A stretch of DNA of 32,000 nucleotides, taken from NCBI RefSeq assembly GCF_009557235.1, contig NZ_CP045650.1, forward strand, positions 1,170,001 through 1,202,000. The letters run 5' to 3'. Origin of the DNA: Acinetobacter wanghuae. Its GTDB lineage: Bacteria > Pseudomonadota > Gammaproteobacteria > Pseudomonadales > Moraxellaceae. Below, in pieces: positions 16,397 to 25,872 of this stretch. The notes below the pieces were generated by a model, which did no database searches, was not told where the DNA came from, and worked only from the letters and a program-made list of their open reading frames with translations. A program made the translations under genes and the position numbers. The first letter of the stretch is position 1. The number at the start of each line of letters is the position of its first letter.

Positions 16397-17701
16397 ATGA
16401 AAGATTTTATAATGTTGTTTTGGTCAACTCTCCCGAAGCGCATGTCTGATCGTATCCGTGAAAAACTACAAATTTTAGCCGATGCTGCCAAATATGATGT
16501 GTCTTGTTCATCAAGTGGTAGCAATCGTAAAAACAAAGACAAAGGTCTTGGCAATACGGGAAATGGTATTTGTCATAGCTATACCGAAGATGGTCGCTGT
16601 GTATCATTACTCAAAATTCTATTTTCGAATGTCTGTATTTTTGACTGTTCTTATTGTGTGTCACGCCGTTCCAATGATATTCAGCGTGCGGCTTTTACGG
16701 TGCAAGAAGTGGTGGATCTCACCATGAATTTTTATCGTCGTAACTATATAGAAGGTTTGTTTTTAAGTTCAGGTATTTTTAAATCTGCGGATTTCACCAT
16801 GGAACGTATGTTGCAAGTGGTGAAAAAATTACGCCTTGAGGAAAATTTTAACGGTTATATCCACCTCAAAACCATTCCGGGCGCATCACAGGAAATTATT
16901 ACTGAATGCGGTTTATATGTAGACCGTATGAGTATTAATTTGGAAATGCCCACTGAAGCGGGTTTGCAAAAATTTGCGCCTGAAAAAACGCATGCTGAAG
17001 TGCAAAAAGATTTAGGCATTGTGCGCGATCGCCTAATTCAACTGAAAGATGAAAGTAAGATTATTAAATCTGTGCCGAAATTCGTTCCGGCAGGGCAAAC
17101 CACGCAAATGGTAGTCGGTGCGCATAGTGAAACCGATCAAGATATCATCCTGATGGCGGATCATCATTACAAAGCCTTTAAACTCAAACGGGTATATTTC
17201 TCTGGTTATATTCCGATTAATGAAGAGGAAAAAGCTTTACCTGCGGTTGGTTCAGCACCGCCGTTGCTACGCGAAAATCGCTTGTATCAAAGTGATTGGC
17301 TCATGCGTTTTTATGGTTTTGATGCGACTGAGATTGTTGATGATCAGCATCCTAATTTAGATTTAGATATTGATCCGAAATTGAGTTGGGCATTGCGTCA
17401 TCCTGAAGCTTTTCCAGTCGATATTAATCATGCGGACTATAAAATGATTTTGCGTGTGCCGGGCATTGGTGTGCGATCTGCCAAAAAAATCGTCCAAGCA
17501 CGTCGTTTTGGTCAGATTCATATTGATCAACTGAAACGAATGGGCGTTGCCTATAATCGCGCGCAGCATTTTATTCGTTGTGTGGATACGCCGAAATTTA
17601 AAAAAGATCAGCAAGCGCATCAAATTCGTCAGCAAATTTTAATGTCAGGTCAGTCGAAGTATCAGCAGCAGCTTTCACCGCAATTGGGATTTGGCTTCTA
17701 A
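16397..17701 (+). CDS. Putative DNA modification/repair radical SAM protein with C-terminal helix-hairpin-helix (TIGR03916-like)
   Basis: CX3CX2C cluster CIFDCSYC at nt 16634-16657. Conserved N-terminal LADAAKYDVSCSSSG. HhH motif ILRVPGIGVRSAKKIVQAR at about nt 17446-17510. The start is uncertain, with alternative ATGs at 16412 and 16442. Confidence 0.8.
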   Translation: MKDFIMLFWSTLPKRMSDRIREKLQILADAAKYDVSCSSSGSNRKNKDKGLGNTGNGICHSYTEDGRCVSLLKILFSNVCIFDCSYCVSRRSNDIQRAAFTVQEVVDLTMNFYRRNYIEGLFLSSGIFKSADFTMERMLQVVKKLRLEENFNGYIHLKTIPGASQEIITECGLYVDRMSINLEMPTEAGLQKFAPEKTHAEVQKDLGIVRDRLIQLKDESKIIKSVPKFVPAGQTTQMVVGAHSETDQDIILMADHHYKAFKLKRVYFSGYIPINEEEKALPAVGSAPPLLRENRLYQSDWLMRFYGFDATEIVDDQHPNLDLDIDPKLSWALRHPEAFPVDINHADYKMILRVPGIGVRSAKKIVQARRFGQIHIDQLKRMGVAYNRAQHFIRCVDTPKFKKDQQAHQIRQQILMSGQSKYQQQLSPQLGFGF

Positions 17702-18480
17702 TGGCGCGCTATTGTTTTGATGGCACGATGACCGGTTTAATGAGCTGTGTATTTCGTGCTTTCGCCTTTAAAGAATTTGATGTCACGGTGACTGCAAATC
17801 CGCATGCGCAAAATGGTTTATTTGATGATTTTGTGCAGGTGGCATCGAACGATGAACACGGTCAGCGCGTGTGGCAAGGTTTAAAGCAAAAAGTCTCGGC
17901 AAGTAGCTTACGTGCATTTTATTTTGCTTTTTTGTCGGAACAGGAACAAGCCTTTCAGATTTTATTTGATTTTGCCGTATATGTGTTTCAAAACCAACGT
18001 CCCGTTGATAAAGATTATGGGCATCATGCCGTGATTGGTATGTCGCAGTGGGCGAAGCAAGTCGGTCGTGAAAAACATCGGATGGAAGCCTTTGTACGCT
18101 TTAAAAAGTGTAAAGATGGTTTGTTTTTAAGTTTAGTGAAACCCGATTTCAATGTCTTACCAATTATCACCAAGCACTTTAAAGAGCGTTATCAAGATCA
18201 AACATGGCTCATCTATGATGAACAGCGTAAATACGGTATTTACTATGATTTAAAAGAGGTTCATCAAATTGAGATGAATGCTGAAGCAATTGATACGCAG
18301 TTGCATATTGGACACAGCCAAGATTTTAGTATTGAGCTGGATGATGAAGAAGTATTGTATGATCAACTGTGGAAAGATTATTTTAATAGTGTGAATATTC
18401 AAGCACGTAAAAATATGAAATTGCATATTCAATATGTGCCAAAACGCTATTGGCGCTATATGAATGAGAAAACCCTCTAG
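17701..18480 (+). CDS. TIGR03915/DUF4130-like putative DNA metabolism protein, the obligate partner of the radical SAM gene
   Basis: 259 aa. Its start overlaps the upstream stop (TAATG at 17699-17703), indicating translational coupling. The family assignment rests on its size, the conserved pairing with the radical SAM/HhH protein, and memory of the family description. Confidence 0.65.
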   Translation: MARYCFDGTMTGLMSCVFRAFAFKEFDVTVTANPHAQNGLFDDFVQVASNDEHGQRVWQGLKQKVSASSLRAFYFAFLSEQEQAFQILFDFAVYVFQNQRPVDKDYGHHAVIGMSQWAKQVGREKHRMEAFVRFKKCKDGLFLSLVKPDFNVLPIITKHFKERYQDQTWLIYDEQRKYGIYYDLKEVHQIEMNAEAIDTQLHIGHSQDFSIELDDEEVLYDQLWKDYFNSVNIQARKNMKLHIQYVPKRYWRYMNEKTL

Positions 18481-18537
18481 AATAGAAAATCTTTTCAGGC
18501 ATAATCGAAGGCAGATTTTTGTATTGAGTAATGTTTT

Positions 18538-19047
18538 ATGAAAGTGTGGCTAAATGTAGCGATGCTCAGTTTTGCTTTAAGCGCATGTTCTCCTGCACCG
18601 AAGCCAGATGCCATTGATTCAGCTCGATATCAAGTGAAGACAGCAGCCGAATTACAGCAGCGTTTTGAACAGCTGAATAATCAATTAAATGCTGATTTTA
18701 ACCAATTTAAAAAGGTAGAAAGTAATGCCTTTGCGCATCAATTTGCTTTTGATGCTAACGATTTGCACAAGCTGAATATGCATTTGGTTGCCAGTACGTC
18801 TTTAAAATCGACCAAAGTTGCGTATTGCGACATGATGAATGGCTATTTTAGAGAGATGTACCGCTTGGGGCATTACAACTTAAACTTAATCAATGCTATT
18901 CAATTGCCCAATGCTGATAAAGAAAATTTAAAAAATAATTTCTCATCTACAGAGCAATTTTATACTTTTATTTTAGATCGCTATACCAGTTACCGTCAGG
19001 TACAACAGACCATGAATTATGGCTGTAATTTAAAAGCGGCATTGTAA
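18538..19047 (+). CDS. Lipoprotein of unknown function
   Basis: Signal peptide MKVWLNVAMLSFALSA-C with a lipobox. A terminator follows directly. Confidence 0.6.
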   Translation: MKVWLNVAMLSFALSACSPAPKPDAIDSARYQVKTAAELQQRFEQLNNQLNADFNQFKKVESNAFAHQFAFDANDLHKLNMHLVASTSLKSTKVAYCDMMNGYFREMYRLGHYNLNLINAIQLPNADKENLKNNFSSTEQFYTFILDRYTSYRQVQQTMNYGCNLKAAL

Positions 19048-19058
19048 ATTCGATTGAT

Positions 19059-19090
19059 AAAAAAAGCCCATCGTTTGATGGGCTTTTTTT
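19059..19090. terminator. Bidirectional rho-independent terminator
   Basis: A7-GCCCATC-GTTT-GATGGGC-T7 lies between convergent genes. Confidence 0.85.
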
Positions 19091-19100
19091 ATACTTTAGA

Positions 19101-20312
19101 TTAGCAACCTGTTAATTTTTCAGGTTGTGGTTTTTCACCTGGGAAGAAGATTGGACGAAGTTTCACGCCAATTGCATTCCCTATGAAGGCAAAGACGAGC
19201 CATACCCAACCGTGTACACTGCCTGAAGCAATACCACTGAAGTATGCACCGATATTACAGCCATAAGCCAAACGCGCGCCGTAACCGAGCATTAAGCCAC
19301 CAATGACAGCGGCTGCAATCGAACGTGCTGGAATTTTAAAGTTCGGTGCAAATTTGCCTGCTAAACTTGCTGCCAATAATGCACCGAGCATAATCCCGAA
19401 GTTCATCATTGAAGTAATATCAAACCATAATGATTCGGTCAGTGATTTGGCATTCGCAGGTTGTTGCCAATATGCCCAAGATGCAACATCAACACCCACG
19501 AAACTTGCAGATTTTGCAGCCCAAACTGCAAGTGCAGAAGTGACACCCCAAGGGCGACCTGCAAAAGCTAATGTGGCAAAGTTCAATAAAGTGAGGATAA
19601 TGCCGCCCCAAATCAAAGGCCATGGACCTTGAATAAAGCGTTTCCAACCTTGATGCGGTGATTTTTTTTCAACTTCAAGTGAGCCATGACGTTTCTTCTC
19701 AAAGTAAACCGTCGCAGCAGCGATCAAGCCAAATACCACGAAGTTCAGTACTAGGGCAGGAACAACACCAAATGTTTCTACAATAGAAATCGGTTCAAAA
19801 TGCGGTAGGTTAAACCACCAACCAATATGTGAGGTTGCAATTAAAGAACCTAAGCAGAAGAAGAACAGTGTCACCAACATACGCGCACTACCACCCCCAA
19901 CGGTATAGAGCGTGCCCGATGCACAGCCACCACCAAGTTGCATGCCGATACCGAAAATAAAGGCACCAATGACCACCGAAAGTCCAACAGGATTCACTAA
20001 ACCTTTGACTGGATTGCCAAAGAGTTCACCTGCACCAAGCGCAGGGAAGAACAGTAGTACCGCAAGTGCCAACATGATCATTTGTGCGCGTAAGCCACGA
20101 CCGCGACGTTCTTTAATAAACACGCGCCAGCTTGAAGTAAAGCCAAATGACGCATGATAAAGCGTCATGCCCAAAGCACCACCAATTAAAAATAACAGCG
20201 CTTGATTGAGGCCAACAAAATGATAAGCACCAAAGGTACCCAAAATAAGCAATATAAAAGCCACCCAAACCGACACTTGAGATCGATTCGATGACGCAGC
20301 GATAACAGACAT
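19101..20312 (-). CDS. YeeE/YedE-family inner-membrane (thiosulfate/sulfur-compound) transporter
   Basis: 403-aa polytopic protein with two copies of the family signature around conserved Cys residues: GGGCASGTLY and AYGCNIGAYFSG. Confidence 0.8.
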   Translation of the reverse strand: MSVIAASSNRSQVSVWVAFILLILGTFGAYHFVGLNQALLFLIGGALGMTLYHASFGFTSSWRVFIKERRGRGLRAQMIMLALAVLLFFPALGAGELFGNPVKGLVNPVGLSVVIGAFIFGIGMQLGGGCASGTLYTVGGGSARMLVTLFFFCLGSLIATSHIGWWFNLPHFEPISIVETFGVVPALVLNFVVFGLIAAATVYFEKKRHGSLEVEKKSPHQGWKRFIQGPWPLIWGGIILTLLNFATLAFAGRPWGVTSALAVWAAKSASFVGVDVASWAYWQQPANAKSLTESLWFDITSMMNFGIMLGALLAASLAGKFAPNFKIPARSIAAAVIGGLMLGYGARLAYGCNIGAYFSGIASGSVHGWVWLVFAFIGNAIGVKLRPIFFPGEKPQPEKLTGC

Positions 20313-20462
20313 GGGAGAAAAGTATCAAATTTTTGAAAGGCGTTATTCTACTTAAATTACACTGGGATAAATGAAGTAAAACTTATAAATAACATGCTAA
20401 TAATTGATTTTATATATCAGTTAAAATGATTAAAGAGCTTTACACATGGGCATTTTTGAATT

Positions 20463-20491
20463 AAAAAAACCCGCATGATACGGGTTTTTTT
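20463..20491. terminator. Rho-independent terminator after the Ala-rich lipoprotein gene
   Basis: A7-CCCG-CATGATA-CGGG-T7 lies 12 nt beyond the stop at 20503. Confidence 0.8.
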
Positions 20492-20502
20492 AGCACATCA
20501 GA

Positions 20503-20847
20503 TTATTGTTGTGCTTTTTCTTTTACGTTTGCAGCACCTTGTTCAACTGAACCGGCAACAGCAGCAGTCGCATCTTTCGCAGCTTCTTTGGCATTGTGTG
20601 CAGCGTCTTCAGCATGTGCAGCAGCATTATCCGCAGCTTCGGCTGTCGCTTCAGCTGTATTGTCCACAGCAGTCGCAGTTGCATTTGCAGCGTTATGTGA
20701 TGCATCAGCAATATCATGACCTGCTTGGTCTGCAGCATTTTCTAAATGTTCACCCGTAGTTGCGCCTGTTTCCGGTGATTCTTTTTTATTACAACCAACG
20801 AGGGCAACGGTTGCAGCTAAGCCTAAAGCAACAAGTAATTTATTCAT
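20503..20847 (-). CDS. Ala-rich repetitive lipoprotein (LEA-like / hydrophilin-like)
   Basis: Signal peptide MNKLLVALGLAATVALVG-C with a lipobox. The mature part is low-complexity A/D/N/E/H/K sequence with roughly seven 11-residue repeats. The other-frame ORFs at 20475-20759 and 20523-20738 are by-products of this composition. Confidence 0.75.
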   Translation of the reverse strand: MNKLLVALGLAATVALVGCNKKESPETGATTGEHLENAADQAGHDIADASHNAANATATAVDNTAEATAEAADNAAAHAEDAAHNAKEAAKDATAAVAGSVEQGAANVKEKAQQ

Positions 20848-20988
20848 TTTGATTATCCTTTGTTTTGAACCGAATAGCTTCGGGATATCAAAATAGTATC
20901 TGAATCAACTGTTTATTAATGCTGCAAATTGTGGTGGAAGTGTAAAGCTTGTCAACGAAAGTGTTGAATAGTCGTTATAAATAGGCAC

Positions 20989-21012
20989 AAAAAAGCCTGC
21001 ATGATGCAGGCT
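20989..21012 (-). terminator. Rho-independent terminator of metK
   Basis: AGCCTGCA-TGA-TGCAGGCT palindrome with an A6 run on the plus strand, which gives a U tract on the minus-strand transcript. It lies 16 nt beyond the stop. Confidence 0.8.
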
Positions 21013-21027
21013 CTTAAGTTTAGAAAT

Positions 21028-22194
21028 TTACAGACCAGCAGAGGCTTTAAGCGCTTCCACTTTGTCTGTTTTTTCCCATGTGAACGCTGTATCAGAACCT
21101 TGACGGCCGAAGTGACCGTAGGCTGCTGTTTGTTGATACATCGGTTGAATCAAGTTCAACATACGAGTAATACCATAAGGGCGTAGGTCGAAGTGCTCAC
21201 GTACAAGTGCAATAATTAAATCTTCAGACACTTTTGCTGTATTGAATGTGTTGACCGAAATAGACGTCGGTTCAGCAACACCAATCGCATAAGACACTTG
21301 AATTTCACATTTGTCTGCAAGGCCAGCAGCCACGATATTTTTCGCAACATAACGACCTGCATACGCAGCAGAACGGTCAACTTTTGATGGATCTTTACCA
21401 GAGAATGCACCACCACCGTGACGTGCCATACCGCCGTAAGTATCCACGATAATTTTACGCCCTGTAAGACCACAGTCACCTACAGGACCACCAATCACAA
21501 ACATACCTGTTGGGTTGATATGGAATTTAGTGTCTGCATGGAACATATCAGCAGGAATCACTTTCTTCACGATTTCTTCAATCACAGCTTCTTTGAGTTG
21601 TGCTTGAGAAATTGAAGGATCATGTTGAGTCGATAATACAACCGCGTCTAAACGAACAGGCATGCCATTTTCATAAGCAAAAGTGACTTGGCTTTTCGCA
21701 TCTGGGCGTAACCAAGAGAGCGTACCTTGTTTACGAAGCTCAGCTTGTTTTTCCATTAAGCGATGCGCATAAGAAATTGGCGCAGGCATGAGTACATCAG
21801 TTTCACGACTTGCATAACCGAACATTAAACCTTGGTCGCCCGCACCTTGATCTTCAGGTTTTTGACGATCAACACCTTGCGCGATTTCAGGTGATTGTTT
21901 ACCAATCATGTTAATCACGGCACACGTTGAGCCATCGAAGCCAAGATCTGAATGATGGTAGCCAATACCGTTAACGGTATTACGTACAATCGCTTCAAAG
22001 TCTACATTTGCAGTTGTTGTGATTTCACCGGCAAGTACAACCGCACCTGTTTTTACAAGCGTTTCACAAGCAACCCGCGCATATGGGTCTTCTCTTAAGA
22101 TTGCATCCAAAATAGCATCACTGATTTGGTCAGCCATTTTATCTGGATGGCCTTCGCTTACAGATTCCGAAGTAAATACAGCGTACTCGCGCAT
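21028..22194 (-). CDS. metK: S-adenosylmethionine synthetase
   Basis: [33 protein letters not shown] aligns with the E. coli MetK N-terminus. An AGGA Shine-Dalgarno precedes the ATG at 22194. The 32 extra N-terminal codons in the ORF track (up to 22290) have no MetK counterpart. Confidence 0.95.
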   Translation of the reverse strand: MREYAVFTSESVSEGHPDKMADQISDAILDAILREDPYARVACETLVKTGAVVLAGEITTTANVDFEAIVRNTVNGIGYHHSDLGFDGSTCAVINMIGKQSPEIAQGVDRQKPEDQGAGDQGLMFGYASRETDVLMPAPISYAHRLMEKQAELRKQGTLSWLRPDAKSQVTFAYENGMPVRLDAVVLSTQHDPSISQAQLKEAVIEEIVKKVIPADMFHADTKFHINPTGMFVIGGPVGDCGLTGRKIIVDTYGGMARHGGGAFSGKDPSKVDRSAAYAGRYVAKNIVAAGLADKCEIQVSYAIGVAEPTSISVNTFNTAKVSEDLIIALVREHFDLRPYGITRMLNLIQPMYQQTAAYGHFGRQGSDTAFTWEKTDKVEALKASAGL

Positions 22195-22640
22195 AGTCCT
22201 ATCACAGTTAATTTTAAAGACCCGATATGTTACATCCACTTGTGCTTTAGAACTAGCTTCATACGACAAAATTGATTGAATTTTTTTCACTTCGTCGTGT
22301 TTTTATCTGATTAATGCAATTTAAAAAATTGATATGGGTGTTTTTTAGAAGAATTTATCGCTTTTTTATCTTAAAAGTCGATTTAATTGCATCGCATGAT
22401 ATGCAGCCCATTTTTAATATTTTACAGATCTAGTGGATAAAACGATGAAATTTACGCTATTTAGATCGTTCTATGGATCTTATTTACAGTGTATTCCATC
22501 TAAAGAGTAGGCATTTCGATCGCTTGAACCTATAGCTCAGAATAATAAATGAATGACACAAATGGTCAGTTAAAAACAATTTAAGTTTAGGTTACAAATA
22601 ATGAGCATTATAAATAATTGATTTAAAAATATTTTTTAAT

Positions 22641-22656
22641 TGGTATGTTATTTGAG
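22641..22656 (+). promoter_or_regulatory. Possible sigma54 (-24/-12) promoter of the pilin gene
   Basis: TGGTATG-N4-TTGAG compared with the consensus TGGCACG-N4-TTGCW. The GG and TTG are correctly spaced but the -12 C is replaced by A. It lies about 40 nt upstream of the pilin start. Confidence 0.3.
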
Positions 22657-22693
22657 TTGTTTATCTCAAGAGATGAAAGCTTGGGAGGTAATG

Positions 22694-23122
22694 ATGAAAC
22701 AACAACAGGGTTTTACACTGATTGAACTCATGATTGTAGTTGCAATTATCGGAGTGCTTGCGTCGATCGCGATTCCAACTTATCAGAACTATGTCGCACG
22801 ATCTCAATTTACTGAAGTTTTTAGTTTTTTAAATACTTATAAGAATGACATGCATGAATTTTATAGCGAAGGTGGACATTGCAGCGGTATTCAAGAGTAT
22901 GTGAGCAGCAGCAATCAGCGCGGTCGATATGTGGATCAAGTCAGTGTAAACACTGTTGGAACTGACTGTGCGCTGGTATTTCAGTTTAAGTCGAGCAATG
23001 TTGCAGCAGGTCTAAGTGCAAAACATGTTTCATTTATCATCGTCGGTAATAGCTATCAATGGCGCTGTGAGTCCCAAGAGATTGCACAGCGTTATTTGCC
23101 AACGAGTTGTGATGGTGCCTAA
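22694..23122 (+). CDS. Type IV (type IVa) pilin, PilA/ComP-like
   Basis: Class III leader MKQQQG followed by [32 protein letters not shown], with Gly-1, Phe+1 and Glu+5. C-terminal Cys pair [22 protein letters not shown] Shine-Dalgarno 5 nt before the ATG at 22694. The TTG at 22640 in the ORF track is an over-extension. Confidence 0.9.
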   Translation: MKQQQGFTLIELMIVVAIIGVLASIAIPTYQNYVARSQFTEVFSFLNTYKNDMHEFYSEGGHCSGIQEYVSSSNQRGRYVDQVSVNTVGTDCALVFQFKSSNVAAGLSAKHVSFIIVGNSYQWRCESQEIAQRYLPTSCDGA

Positions 23123-23357
23123 GATTTTGGAATTTATTTTTTTCAATAGATGCAATTTTTAAATGAGGTCTGTATGTCATCGCTGCTGCATTTTTATGTG
23201 GATTTAGGGTGAATTTTCTCTACAGACTAAAATAGAAGTGTAATAAATCAATAAATATTGTAGGGGAGGCTTTACCCCCGAAGCTATTTTTTGAGACAAT
23301 AGCGCCATTCTTGAATTCTTATTCATCTCTTCTTCAAATGTTTTTGGACTCCGACTT

Positions 23358-25346
23358 ATGACAACCCCGCTTAATGAACGTCGTATTGCAAATGCAATTC
23401 GTGTATTAGCAATGGATGCTGTGCAAAAAGCAAACTCAGGCCATCCAGGTGCGCCAATGGGGATGGCAGATATCGCTGACGTGGTTTGGCGTGATTTTTT
23501 AAGCCACAACCCAACGAACCCAAATTGGGTGAACCGCGACCGTTTCGTGTTATCGAATGGTCATGGCTCTATGCTTCAATATGCACTTCTTCATTTATCG
23601 GGCTACGATCTTTCGATTGAAGATTTAAAATCGTTCCGTCAATTGCATTCTAAAACACCAGGTCACCCAGAATTGGGTTATGCACCGGGTATTGAAACAA
23701 CGACTGGTCCACTTGGTCAAGGTATTGCAAACGCTGTTGGTTTTGCTTTGGCAGAAAAAACTTTAGCTGCACAGTTCAATAAAGAAGATATCAAAGTTGT
23801 TGATCACTTCACGTATTGCTTCCTTGGTGATGGCTGCTTAATGGAAGGTGTTTCTCACGAAGCATGTTCTTTGGCAGGTACTTTGGGTCTTGGTAAGCTT
23901 ATTGCTTACTACGATGACAACGGTATTTCAATTGATGGCGAAGTTGAAGGTTGGTTCTCTGACGATACAGAACAACGTTTCCAAGCGTATGGCTGGCAAG
24001 TGATTAAAGTTGATGGTCACGATGCTGACGCGCTTCGTGCAGCAACTTTAGCAGCAAAAGCTGAAAGCAAAAAACCAACCATCATCATGTGTAAAACAGT
24101 GATTGGTTTAGGTTCGCCAAATAAACAAGGTAAAGAAGATTGCCACGGTGCACCACTTGGTAACGATGAAATCGTATTGACTCGTGAAGCATTGGGTTGG
24201 ACTGACGGTCCGTTTGAGATTCCTGCTGATGTTTATGCAGCATGGGATGCCAAAGACAAAGGCGCGGCTGCTGAAGCGGCTTGGAATGAAACGTTTGCTG
24301 CGTATGCTGCAGAATATCCGACTGAAGCGGCTGATCTTAAACGTCGTATGTCAGGTGAATTGCCAAGCGATTTCGTTGCAAAAGCGGATGCTTATATTGC
24401 TGAAGTGAATGCAAAAGCAGAAACAGTTGCAACACGTAAAGCAAGCCAAGCGGCAATCCAAGCATTTGCTCCAATGCTTTCTGAAATTTTAGGTGGTTCT
24501 GCTGACTTGGCAGGTTCTAACCTTACCCTTTGGAAAGGTGCTAAAGGCGTTCAGGAGGATGCTGCGGGTAACTACGTACACTATGGCGTACGTGAGTTCG
24601 GTATGACCGCAATCGCGAACGGTGTTGCACTTCATGGTGGTTTCATTCCTTACGTTGCAACATTCTTGATGTTTATGGAATATGCACGTAATGCAGTACG
24701 TATGTCTGCATTGATGAAACAACGTGTGATTCATGTCTATACCCATGACTCCATTGGTTTAGGTGAAGATGGTCCGACACATCAACCTGTAGAACAAATT
24801 GCGTCTTTACGTGGTACTCCAAACCTCAATACTTGGCGTCCATGTGACACCGTGGAAGCTGCAATTTCTTGGAAATCTGCACTTGTACGTTCTGAAGGAC
24901 CAACAGCACTTATTTTCTCACGTCAAAACTTAGCGTTCCAAGCACGTACTGAAGCTCAAATTGCGGATGTTGCGAAAGGTGGTTATGTATTGGCGAAAGA
25001 AAAAGGTGAATTGAAAGCGATCATCATCGCAACAGGTTCTGAAGTAAGCTTAGCAATGGAAGCGTATGCACAACTTGACGGTGTACGTGTAGTATCTATG
25101 CCATGTGCTGAAGAATTTGTAAAACAAGATGCTGCGTATCGTGAAGCAGTTCTTCCTGTAAATATTCGTGCGCGTGTTGCTGTTGAAGCAGCACATGTGG
25201 ATTACTGGTGGAAATTCGTTGGTCTTGACGGTCGTGTGATCGGTATGACCACTTATGGCGAATCTGCACCTGCAAAAGATTTGTACCAACACTTCGGTAT
25301 TACCACTGAAGCGGTTGTTGCGGCTGTAAAAGAAATCACTGCTTAA
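23358..25346 (+). CDS. tkt: Transketolase
   Basis: 662 aa. N-terminus [30 protein letters not shown] motif [13 protein letters not shown], and the expected full-length domain layout. Confidence 0.95.
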   Translation: MTTPLNERRIANAIRVLAMDAVQKANSGHPGAPMGMADIADVVWRDFLSHNPTNPNWVNRDRFVLSNGHGSMLQYALLHLSGYDLSIEDLKSFRQLHSKTPGHPELGYAPGIETTTGPLGQGIANAVGFALAEKTLAAQFNKEDIKVVDHFTYCFLGDGCLMEGVSHEACSLAGTLGLGKLIAYYDDNGISIDGEVEGWFSDDTEQRFQAYGWQVIKVDGHDADALRAATLAAKAESKKPTIIMCKTVIGLGSPNKQGKEDCHGAPLGNDEIVLTREALGWTDGPFEIPADVYAAWDAKDKGAAAEAAWNETFAAYAAEYPTEAADLKRRMSGELPSDFVAKADAYIAEVNAKAETVATRKASQAAIQAFAPMLSEILGGSADLAGSNLTLWKGAKGVQEDAAGNYVHYGVREFGMTAIANGVALHGGFIPYVATFLMFMEYARNAVRMSALMKQRVIHVYTHDSIGLGEDGPTHQPVEQIASLRGTPNLNTWRPCDTVEAAISWKSALVRSEGPTALIFSRQNLAFQARTEAQIADVAKGGYVLAKEKGELKAIIIATGSEVSLAMEAYAQLDGVRVVSMPCAEEFVKQDAAYREAVLPVNIRARVAVEAAHVDYWWKFVGLDGRVIGMTTYGESAPAKDLYQHFGITTEAVVAAVKEITA

Positions 25347-25368
25347 TCATTCGATTAAACAGGTTGTA

Positions 25369-25396
25369 AAAGGCGTCCCAAGTTTGGGGCGTCTTT
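25369..25396 (+). terminator. Rho-independent terminator of tkt
   Basis: AAAGGCGTCCCA-AGTT-TGGGGCGTCTTT, with two G-U pairs, followed by a T-rich tract. Confidence 0.7.
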
Positions 25397-25462
25397 TATT
25401 TTTAGTTCTTCGATATAATGATTTATAGAATGAATATTCTATTGAAATCTAGGTGAGCGAAT

Positions 25463-25678
25463 ATGAGTTTATATGATCAAATCAGTGATGAAATCACATT
25501 AATGGATGCTGGCGAGCAAAAATGGATTGGTCAAGATCTTCCTTTAGAAAGCATGATGGCGGTTGTCCTTTTGCTCAAAGATATGGAAGAAGATAAGATT
25601 ATTAAGGTGCGTCGTCAAAACCATGAAAAAAACACGGGCTTAAAGCAAGTCGACCGTGTATTGGTCGAAAAGCTGTAA
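25463..25678 (+). CDS. Small hypothetical protein (71 aa)
   Basis: AGGTGA Shine-Dalgarno 6 nt before the ATG, and its own terminator 19 nt after the stop. No family recognised. Confidence 0.5.
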   Translation: MSLYDQISDEITLMDAGEQKWIGQDLPLESMMAVVLLLKDMEEDKIIKVRRQNHEKNTGLKQVDRVLVEKL

Positions 25679-25696
25679 TTTTGAAGTTGTGAATGA

Positions 25697-25718
25697 AAGC
25701 CCTGAGATAGGGCTTTTT
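25697..25718 (+). terminator. Rho-independent terminator
   Basis: AAGCCCT-GAGAT-AGGGCTT followed by a T tract. Confidence 0.75.
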
Positions 25719-25872
25719 ATTTGCCTGAATATACCTAAGAATTGAATCATATATGCAGATAGTTCGCTATAAATGCAGTGACTTAAGAGTAGTATTGGAT
25801 GATTGAATAGCCTAAGTATTATAAAGTCTGTATAGATAGATGCGACAAAATAAATAAAAAGAGGAGAGCGTA

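Noticed and set aside
20475-20759. ORFs 20475-20759 (+) and 20523-20738 (-) overlapping the Ala-rich lipoprotein gene
   Set aside because: They are open only because the repetitive GCA/GCT/GCC DNA lacks stops in several frames. Their products are Gln/Leu/His low-complexity strings with no signal sequence or start context.
22195-22290. The 32-codon N-terminal extension of metK in the ORF track (start 22290)
   Set aside because: MetK homology begins exactly at [19 protein letters not shown] (ATG at 22194, preceded by AGGA). The extension has no counterpart in MetK proteins.
22195-22330. SAM-responsive riboswitch in the metK leader
   Set aside because: I could not recognise any conserved SAM-riboswitch core or a convincing multi-stem structure by eye in the AT-rich leader. 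It would need a covariance-model scan (Infernal/Rfam) to settle.
23204-23509. Minus-strand ORF 23204-23509 across the tkt start
   Set aside because: It is antisense to the transketolase N-terminus and its promoter region, with no recognisable product or start signals.
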